Below, piece by piece: positions 9,501 through 18,811 of a stretch of 64,000 nucleotides of DNA (position 1 is the first letter of the stretch; every line of letters starts with the position of its first letter). Made by a program: the position numbers and the translations under genes. This DNA is from Klebsormidium nitens (Eukaryota; Plantae; Klebsormidiophyceae). The stretch spans positions 1 through 64,000 of the forward strand of contig DF237250.1 of NCBI GenBank assembly GCA_000708835.1, written 5' to 3'. The notes beneath the pieces were generated by a model. The model ran no database searches and was not told the DNA's origin. It was given only the letters and a program-made list of their open reading frames with translations.

Positions 9501-12451
9501 GAGCAGGCAGTCCAAGAAAAAAGCTTCGTATGCTTGAGAAGTGAAGAGCTGAGTGGAGTGTTTTAAGCTGGCAAAGGCCCCAAGCCCCTCTTATTTCCAT
9601 ATTTGAGTCAGTAATCTTTTCGGACAGCTGATTGAAATAGGTTCTTGGACCTTTACCCTTGAAACCTCACCTGCTGCTATCGAGAGGTTCTCCCGTAGAA
9701 ACGAAAGGGGCAACAGCTGTCGGTCCTCGTACAGTCGATCCCGCTCGCTGTTCAACGGTTCTGCATCCGAAAACGCAGCCGCGACAGGGAAGGGAAGCCG
9801 TCCGAGCTTCTTGTTTCTGCGCCCCTCGCCCTTGCACCGCTCGCTGTGGCACACATACGTGATCTCCGTTCCTCTCCTAAAGAGGCCGAACTTGTTGCTG
9901 CGGTGTGCCTGCTCTCCTGCCTTGAGGTACGGGCAAGTCGCCCGGCCCCCAGGACCGTTCTCGAAGTGATACATCACAGCTCCTGAACCTGCAATCGTGC
10001 TCAGTTCTGGCTTGCGAAAGACAGAACTATTGTCCCCGTAGCTGCTGAGCATGCCCCGCATGATCTCGACGACTTGGTGTTGCAGAACTGGATCCGCAAG
10101 ATCGGGCGGATTCACCGAAGCGGGCGCGCACGTAATCCCAGCCCCTGCCGCAGCTGCTTTCCCAGCTCCTGGACGGCTTTTTGACGCCCCGGCTGCTTTC
10201 GAAGAAGCCCGCTCGTTCAGGATCTCTATGAACCATCCAGGGAGGGGAGGCAGAGCATCTACAGCTGGTAGGTCCCCTCCGCCTGCGACAGTGTACCGCG
10301 CAACCTCCTCGCCCCGCTGATAGGAAGACGGGGGGGACGCAATCATGCCACTCGAGCTCACGCCTCGCATATCACCCCCCACTTTCTTCAACGTTTCCTT
10401 CCCCGTTTTCGGGTCCGGGATCCTGAGCTCGAACTTCGCAAAGTGCGTTGGTGTGCCTGCCTCTTAATCCCGCGTCCACGCTTCGTTGATGCGAGAAGTA
10501 GAGATGGACACCCCCACTGCCGGTGCGCACTCGCGGCCCCGTGAACGCGCCGTGCTCGCTCTCCCACTCAGCCAGCTGCTCCATGCCCCCGTCTTGAAGA
10601 TCGAAATCCAACACGAGAACGCCAGAAGGCGCTGTGTTGATCAGCAGGGGATTGTCGCGGGGGTCGAAGTATGCTGAGCTGAGGCAGTTGGCGAGCGTAG
10701 AATCTTGCCACTTCTTGGGTGGTAACATGGCCTTCTTGCCCGTCTTAGTGTTGAAACTGGTGGATGCTGAGAAAACGACGTAACCCCTCTTGACCATGGC
10801 CCGAGCTGCAGTCTCCTGCACAGTATAAAACTTTCACTTTTGAGCAGCCAGTCCAAAACTTTGTCCGCGCTGTCCGCACTGTCCATGAAGAGGACTTTGT
10901 GTTACGATGGCTTCGCTTGACCGACAGAGCGCGTGATGGATGCAATCTTTCAGAGCAGACCATTCAGTCGGAGAGCAGGCGGTCAAAGTCAAAGCTTTTT
11001 CTCTTTGCACGAGAAGTGAAAATAACTGTCTACGCTGTCCGCACTGTCCATGAAGGGGAATCGCTTATAGAAGACACAATCCATAGACAGCACCGATGTC
11101 CAACGTAAGTCCAGGCGTTGGTGGACACACTTACTGTTCACCAAGAGAAGCATGCTTCTTGCGAACTTGCCTTCAAAAACAGCGCAGATGCCAAAGACAG
11201 ACTTCTCAAACTTTCGCAAAAATCTCACAGAAGGATGCACCAACATCGTTATTGTCAGTTGAAATCAACGTCTCTGAAAGGTGGAGCTCCTTGAGGATTT
11301 GTTAGAATGACTCACCATTGGGTATACTCTGGTCTCTCCTTTCGTTTCAAGGCGCGCATTGGACCAACTCAAGCCCGAGGTCTGTTCCCCGTCCTCTTTG
11401 AACGGCTCGTCATTAGCACCTTTGCAGTCCTCCCCTGATGCTGATGGCCGCGCGAGCTCTCCCGAACCCTGCAAAGAAGTCAGAAGAAGTGACAAATCAG
11501 AACTACTGAAAAGCTCTGTCTATGCTGTCCACACTGTCCATGAAGAGGACTCTGTGTTAGATGGCCTCTCTTAACAGACAAGCATTCTGTCAGCGCGCGT
11601 GATGGATGCAGTCTTCCAGAGCAGACCAGGCAGTCAGAATCAAAAGTTGTCTTATGCACGAGAAGTGAGAAAACTCTGTCTTTACTGTCCGTGCTGTCCA
11701 TCATGGGAAATCACTTATAGAACACGCATTTGCATAGACATCACTGCTGTCATCTGGCTGAATCTTCAAGGGGCAACAGATTGCATTGAGCACAAGCCCA
11801 GGTAGAAAATGTCTCACTTAGCAGCCAGGGCTTGCGCTCTTGCCGATGCTTCCCTGGGCCGTGTTTCCCTGCAGAGACTTCCTTGCGGCTCACTGGTTGA
11901 GCCATCGGCCCCTGCTTCATTGTGTTTGCGTTTTCTGCCCCGTTCGTGTTGGATGGAAGGGGCGCTAATCTACACAGGACAATATGGAGCGTCTCAGATC
12001 AGGGGATCCTCTGTGCAGGCAATGGTCCTGCCTTGAACGTCCATTCGTTGGAGACATCATGCTGTCTCTGGAGACAAAAGCTTGACAAGGGATTCGTCTC
12101 GAAGGACAGCTTGGACAGCAAAGACAGGATCTGTGAGAACCTGATGACTGGTGTTTTTGTAATCTGCGAATAATTGTCAGGCCCATACTCATCAGATTGG
12201 GTCACTCACTGGTGCAAGTTCACCAAGGAAATTGGTCCTACAGTGACGCATCCAATCTACTCGAGTGTTTCTTCTTCTGACTTTTCTTCAAGACTCTGTC
12301 TTTACTGTCCGTGCTGTCTATGGAGCAAATCCCTGTGCGAAAACTTAAATTGATAGACAACATATCGGCATGGCATCATGACATCTTTATGCCAAAAAGA
12401 ACAGGTTATTCCATGGGTCTCAAAAGACCTGTCTTCACTGTCCATGTGGTC
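6262..12451. repeat. Dispersed family of triple GACAG-N4-GACAG-N4-GAC(A/G)G motifs (14 copies, both strands)
   Basis: Plus strand: 6262, 6395, 6531 (degenerate), 7439, 7620, 11178 (degenerate), 12105. Minus strand (CTGTC x3): 9378, 10861, 11026, 11516, 11676, 12296, 12429. Confidence 0.88.
6718..11468 (-). CDS. Spliced Prim-Pol + Zn-finger + D5_N + P4/D5-type SF3 primase-helicase (about 930 aa modelled), one +1 frameshift at ~10390-10463; further 5' exons possible
   Basis: Exons 11468-11316, 10815-9671, 9171-8726, 8361-8031, 7856-7708, 7293-6718 join through GT-AG introns with matching phases (0,1,0,1,0). Motifs: VLVLDFD, TGSGGVHLYF, DMRG, CPY..HRSN..VCHSERC, WYYWTGSVW, LLNGV..PHHPK|FLWS, GEGGAGKS, AVCLE, KRLTGEATITSRALY, LCTN, KRRLL. 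Confidence 0.85.
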
Positions 12452-13083
12452 TATGAAGGCCAATCCTATGCGAACGGATTCTCTAACCAGAACATACTCG
12501 AAGGAGAAGGACAAGGTGCAGGCAGCAGCTTTACCTTGTCATCATCCAGCTCAGCTCGAAGGGCTGCCCTCCTCTCCTCGAGAGCACTGGTGTAGAGTTG
12601 CTGTCTCGCATCCTTACCATATAAGCTCTCCATCTGCAAAACACACCAGAAATGCATCGTCAAGAACGTGACCTACCTGCACCACAGCTTTCAATGTTTA
12701 GGTTGAACAGGTTGCAACCTAGACAGAACTTCCACTCGACCACTGAAAACACCACCATCATTGACAAGCAGCCAGTGTTCTTCTAATGCTCATGACAACT
12801 TGCATCAGCGAGTGACCAGTATATTGGCCACGCGCTCACTTTGTGGGACTCTCATGAGCAAGGAAACCCCTTGACAGGGCGCCAAATCTTGATCGAACAC
12901 CTGTCTGCTGCTCAGCTAGGGTGCCCTCTGCTGGATAACATCGGGCTGCAGGGCTGCATTGGCGACGCAGGATTATGCGTGTGCTGCTCCTGAGACGTGG
13001 GTTGGACGCCTGAGCTAGCGGCTTTTGAGGGGCTAAGAAAGGATTGTGCTGGATGAATGATCGAACGAGGGGGCAGGAGCTCC

Positions 13084-13378
13084 TTTTATAGGTCCCTTTC
13101 AACCAACTGCCATGAACCAAAGTCTTCTCTGGAAGCCCTGAGTCAGACTCTCCTCCAGCGATTCCGAAGCGGTTGAGCGATTCCGAAGCCATTCGTAGCT
13201 CTCTCTGAAGAGGGGAGCTGACTCAAGACGAGTGCCAACTCAGATGGTTGAGCGCCGGTTCCGAAGCTTGCTGTCTCTCAATAGGAGACCTGACTCAGGC
13301 TTCTGAGCAGATTAGGGTTTAGCCGGCATGGCACGTGGTCGAAAAGGCACGTGGTCAATGCCTTACAGTTGCGCGAAA
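13084..13378 (-). promoter_or_regulatory. Candidate promoter upstream of the spliced primase-helicase: TATA, telo-box, G-boxes, E2F site
   Basis: Minus strand: TATAAAA 13090-13084, AAACCCTA 13320-13313, TTTCGCGC 13378-13371; CACGTG twice at ~13332 and ~13348. Confidence 0.45.
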
Positions 13379-14315
13379 ATTTTTGGCTGGTTTCTTTCCC
13401 TCCACGGTAACCCCAGAAAGTCCCTAACCCAGACCAGTTCGAGGGGCAGCTTGGCCAGGGGGGCTGGTTTCTCGGCCAGGGGGACACGTGTCGCGCGGAT
13501 ATTGGCTGAGCTTTAGCCAGCAATCTCTTGGTTAGAGGGTCCCGGCTCCCGGTCCGGTTCGGCTGACATGGCGCCCCCTGATTGGCTCCAATTTGATGCC
13601 GAACTTTCTTGGGCTTGTAGGGGCCGCAGCTGCAGTCCGAATTCAGCAAGAGTTAGCAGTCCCAAGGGGCTGACCTGTCGCTCTCTCAGTGGCCAAACTT
13701 CCATGCCGAGCTTCATATGGCTCGCTGGCCGAGCTTAGCTCGGGAGTAGAGCCACCTAAAATAACAACATATAATGACACCACAACGTTGGACAAGCCAA
13801 CTCAACCCTTGCGTGCACATGTGTTAAAGCCTATAATGATACTACAGTGTGCAAAGCAGGACATCAAAGGATGAGCCTCCCCAAGACACAGATCGTTTCA
13901 TCAATGTTGTCATGAGTACATTATATCAAAGACATGGGGCGAGGTAGGTCATGATAAGTCGAGTAGGCGGCCACTAAGTCTCCAATCAGCTGTTCCGTAT
14001 AGCATCTCGATGTCACACGGCAGTGGACCGAGTGCGACGCAGCATAGCTTAGCATGGCATGCTCACTTTGGAGAGTGGTTGCATATGCACCATAGAGGCT
14101 CGGTTTCTATATTGATTGACGCTCCAGGAAATGATGCGTATGCATGCCACTATAAGTCGCTGAATTATGAGACCACAGCAAAGCAACACATGTGTCAAGA
14201 GAATGCCTATGCCGTAGAGACTATTGAGACCTCGATAGACACCCAAGTTAAAAGCTCAGCTCTTGCTTCCTCATGTTCAGCCGCTTGATATGAGACCAAA
14301 CTTTTAGGTATCCTT

Positions 14316-17300
14316 TTAGGTATCCAATAAGGTCGGGTGGAATATCTTGCACACCGCCTGAAACTGTTCCATCGTGACGTTGGTGCTATAGGTTCTCACC
14401 TCCCTAGAGACCCCAAAAGGATAGAATAGGTCGTGCAAGCCTCGCACAAAGGACTGCAAAGCGCCTGGAATGTGCCCCAACTCTTTCAGAGATGGACCCA
14501 ACATGCTACCTCTGCGGACAAACTGGGCCTTCTCAAGATTGTTGATATCCATCTCATGTCTTCCATGGAGCTTGCCCCCGCTACATCTGTCTAACATTGA
14601 TATGAACAACCCCTCTAACATGCTGCTCTCCGTGTGAGGCTTGCCGCATAGGATAGACAGTGGGGCATATACTAGGGTGCCTGTAATCTGCTGCACACTC
14701 CCTGTGGGGCTGGTTGGTTGGTCTCTTGGATCTGTGTTTGGTGGAAGAAGCTGTAACAATGAGCAAACGATAGTTCTTAGGAAAAAGTAGCCGAAGGCTA
14801 GATGCAACGAAGTCCATGGACGCGAAGTCCTGCAGTACAGCTTCCACATCAGCTATTCAATCGTTAGGGACTCACAAAGCTATTGATATTGACGTAGTCA
14901 TCCAGTCTGTAACAGACATCTTGACAGTCAGACTTGCTGCTACAGCATATTGAAGAAGACCTCGCACCTACCTTCCCAGCCGAGAAGTCAAACAAAACAC
15001 CGCGGCCCTCGTAAACGCCAATGTTGTTTGGTGTCACGTCGCGCTGCAGCACGCGCGCCTCAATGCACCCTCGGATGGCACGCGCAACGTCGGAAGTGAC
15101 CTGAGACAAGGGGAAGCAAGATCACGAAAGTGGGGAAGTTGCGTGAACAGTGACAGTAGCTATGGTACTTGGTTACCTTTAGATGGAACCTCTACATGAT
15201 AGGGCTTCGTTCAAAAAGGGGCTCGATCATATAAAACGAATGTTAGACCACCCCTGGATGCTTGCAGAGAGCTTCTTAATCTTGTACTTAGGTAGCTTTG
15301 TGGTAGTCAAGAAACCGCCCTACAACATAGTCTAGACCAGAGCGGTTGGTAAGCGTGTAACACAGAGGACTTTGGAAGGTCTGCTTCTCGTCAAGGAAGC
15401 TAACAGCTTCATAAGCCTCCTATGTTGTCCAAGATGCTAGGAGTGAAGAGGTTCCGTGCTTACCTGAGACAGCAATTGGAGGCCAAGTTCTGACGTGACT
15501 GGTTGAGCAAACGGATGCAGCAGGACCGCGTGCCACTTCGATGACTGGTACTTTATTACATCCGCAGCGAGGAGAGTCACAACTCGTGGGACTTGGTGTT
15601 TGGTCAGCTCTGAGAGGAGCAAGGTCTGGGCACAAAAAGCAAAACCTCATTCATGGCATTTGTGTTCCACTAAGATTCAAGAATGAAGAGGAGTCTGCAC
15701 AAAGCAGCCGAAAGTCTTCTGAGGACTAAAGCAGCACTGAAGGATGAGAAAAGGAACACCCAGTAAGAGAGTGCTTTGGGACTGTCAGTAAACGAATCCG
15801 CAAATGACCATTTTGTATGGACCAATAGAAAGTAAAATTTGTTCCCTTCAAGGTTGGCAGAATAACTACGCATATGGCCAGCAAAAGAAGCTCAGCACAA
15901 TCTTCGTTTGAAGCATGTGTTATCAACAAATCAAGCAACATGAAGAACGTGGTAGATCTTGCAAGGTCTGAACTACACAACAGAACCAACCACGTATGCC
16001 TTCCAGCTATTAACATAGATCACATAAGTAGGCAGATTCGACTGACAACCAGAGATTGCTCACCTCACGCTCAGATTGATTGAGTTTCAGAATGCACCGA
16101 CCCAGCCCAGCAATCCGCGCTTGGAACACCAGACTACCCTGGCCCTGAGGCGCTGTGCCTCTGTGCACCCGAGGCGCCCTCCCTCTGTCCAACTGGGGCG
16201 CTGTGCCTCTGTGCAGCAGCTCGAGCTTTTCTATCTTCTTGTGCCCAAGCTTTTTGACAGACGGCACGGTTAGTTGCTGAAAGCCAAGTGCTTTCTTTCC
16301 GCTAGCGAGCACCCTTAGCACCCAAATGAAGCCTGGAGACTCTTCACTTACACTGAAAGGATTGGCCCAGTCCTTTGCACTGAGAGCACCTCGAGATGAT
16401 GGCGGGAGAAAAATGCCACCTCTACTGAGTTCATTGTTATCCCAATAGTCACCATATGAGATCGCTCTGGCTGCTGATCTAGCGTACTCCGGACTCTTTT
16501 TGTTTGCTGGCCGAAGCTGTGGTGCGTTTCAGGAATCGAGTGCCCCAGTTTCGCTTCGACGAAGGACACCGCTTGGGTCCAGGCAATAATTGGCGAAGCG
16601 AGAAGACTGCAGTCGGGTTTGCCTCGGGGGTTCTGAAATTCATTGCTTGAGCTATGGGTATCTTCTAGCACCATCTCGCACTTTGCAGCCTTCGCCATGG
16701 CTCCTAAGATGGTCATGAGAACAGGCTGCATGTGCTTTTCTTCTGACAGTCCTGGTTCTTTAGCTTCCGGAATTGCATCAGCAAGCGAGAGGCCTGGAAG
16801 ACCTGTCGGAAGCTTCAACTCTGGGTTTGGCTGATCATCTTCATTGTCCACGTCAACGGCCTGACCTGCTTCGTCGCGTCTCCGCTTTTCGCCAGCAGAC
16901 AGTTGCTCTGCATTTTCGCAAGAAGAGGAGGAGGAGGACATTGTTGAAAAGCATTTTCTCAACGATGCAAATAACGATGAGGACCAGAGTTGAACAAGCA
17001 ACTCATGAAAAATCCCTAAGAGCTTACCCAGGAGCATCCAGCTGCTTCTTCGCTGCTTGCAAGACAGCCTAGCATTGTAAGCATCCAGAATTGTAAACAA
17101 TTGCAATCCTCAAGTTGCAAAGAGACTGCGACAGTGCAATGGAACGTTGTTAATAGGTCAACGAGCCATCACTTACTTTGCCTCTTATAGACCGCACCCT
17201 CAGCTACTGCAGTGGGGAAGTTTTTCAAGACTTCGTTGACGGCAGTCTTCACCATCTTCTTGGATACATGAGCGAGGCACCGCATCTCCTGAACCACCTC

Positions 17301-18811
17301 CGCAAGCTGATAATGCATCTGTACAAAGTAAACGCAGTTTGAACACAGAGAGCTCTTCCGTCATAATCAACTTTAGAAGGAGGCTGAAAGCACCTCATAG
17401 TTAGAGTGGCTTTTAAAGAGAGCTTCGGTCCGCATTGCTACCGACTCAAATGGCAGAGCTGTAGAAACAGCATAAGCAGACAGTCGGCTTGCAAACCAGA
17501 AGCTAGAACAGGCCTGGTCAAGTATCGACTTTGCGGGAGTAGAGCAGCAATAGTGAAACAACAACAGATCATGCAGTGCCTGCAAAGCACGCCAAAACCT
17601 GCAATAAGGATCCAGAGCCCCATGGGCAAACATTTGCAATCTGAGATACTTCTTGAAGCAGGAACAACATGGCCAACTTGATGAAAGGACACGCTGGCCA
17701 CACCTGTCCAACATCTGTCTCGATCCAGGTTGTTTGCATACTTTTGTTGTTGCGCATTTCCAGCTGCCGCATCCGTAAAGTGTGGGACTCGACCATTTTC
17801 TGCAGGGACTCAACCTGTTTCTGCACAGCCTGGGTAGCACCGACTCCAAGCTGAGCGGCTTCAGCGGCGCCTGCAAATGTCCACCAAACGAGCAACTAAC
17901 AAGAGAGCTCGACCATATTCAGTATCATGGACAATGATCCGACCTGAACATTCAGAAACGGCTGCAAGTGCTGGAAGCCGTCTTTTGGGCTTGCAAACCC
18001 AATACATAGTAAGAAACACTCCATGCCTAGCATGCACTACTGTCCTCGGCATAGTTGGCGAAGGGAGCAACTATATCACCTGCCAACACCTTCTGATCAG
18101 CAAAGTCCCCTCTCATGCCATCATCTCCAAGCCTCCCCGCCGCTACATGCTGACCAGCAACACCAGGAAGCTCGTTTCCGTCCTTTCCAAATTGATGAAA
18201 ACCTCTAGTCCTGATATCCAAACAGACTAGCCTACTAGCTAGCCTAATCATCTCACAGAAGGAGCTGCTTACCTGCAGCTTTATCGAAAATTGCATTCCA
18301 GCCCAACAACCAGTTCCCTGGCCCTGGATACTCGCGTTCAAGTCGGTCAAGAAGCTTAGAGCGGCCATCATCAGTCATCCCTCTCCAGCGTTCCAAGGTG
18401 AGCTGCTGCTTTGCCAGGTGGTTCAGCAGGTCGGAGTCAATGTCGGAGTCGACTTCCTGCCAGCTCTTCTTCAAAGCCAGCTCTTTCTCCTGTAGTTGGG
18501 CGACAACAAAGATGTGCACCACAATGTGCAGCCCACTCTTTAGCGGCATGGACACTAATAAGAAATGCCACAAAGCTGCTCCCTGATGCCTGAATACAAC
18601 CAGCGCTGACCAGTCCCATCCTGAACTGCGGGGATTCCCTTGTCCAGACTCACCTCCTGCGAAGTGGGCCCAGGGTTGCTTTCCACGCCACCCCTAAGGA
18701 GAAGAGTCGCTGCACATAAGGAGACCACAAACAGGTGTTGAAGGTCTGACGCAGCTTTCATCCTGAACCGATCAGGGGCTGAAAGTCTGACGCAGCTTTC
18801 ATCCTGCACCG
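14316..18811 (-). pseudogene. Multi-exon Crinkler-like REase-domain + fungal-type (FunK1-like) protein kinase, one frameshift at ~16365; N-terminal 2A-like peptide
   Basis: Phase-compatible exons at ~18.8-18.65, 18.49-18.27, 17.87-17.69, 17.31-17.17 and 16.9-16.06 kb, then kinase exons at ~15.59-15.47, 15.11-14.97 and 14.75-14.32 kb. KPD..W....FVEAK..GQ..R..QQPER (REase-like); VLQRDVTPNNI, LFDFS, TGTLVYA..HT..LEGLF (kinase). Confidence 0.72.

Larger units (their letters stand above)
1..13400. mobile_element. Endogenous virus/plasmid-like island: tyrosine recombinase + two Prim-Pol/SF3-helicase replicases + small ORFs; boundaries not determined, left end probably outside the window
   Basis: Compact cluster of replication and integration genes typical of Polinton-like viruses and integrative plasmids; tail-to-tail helicase/recombinase 28 bp apart; frameshifts in three genes; no capsid or packaging ATPase seen. 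Confidence 0.7.

Noticed and set aside
7294-11315. Classical Introner elements
   Set aside because: The introns share internal blocks but are not homologous end to end, and introns 8725-8362 and 8030-7857 lack the repeat.
6255-12451. CRISPR array
   Set aside because: Irregular spacing, both orientations, no unique fixed-length spacers, no cas genes, eukaryotic context.
11805-12633. Extra 5' exons of the spliced primase (12633-12535 MESLYGK..DDDK; ~11975-11818)
   Set aside because: Exon-like with good splice signals, but I could not join them in frame to 11468 without stops, so they are left out of the model.
1-13400. Calling the island a Polinton-like virus or virophage
   Set aside because: No major/minor capsid, A32 ATPase, protease or terminal inverted repeats are recognisable in the window; left flank unseen.
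13729-13743. Hairpin CCGAGCT-T-AGCTCGG as a Helitron 3' end
   Set aside because: No CTRR terminus at the expected distance and no Rep/Hel gene.
16332-16350. GTAAGT...CAG as an intron in the kinase gene
   Set aside because: Only 19 nt long; a one-base frameshift explains the sequence better.
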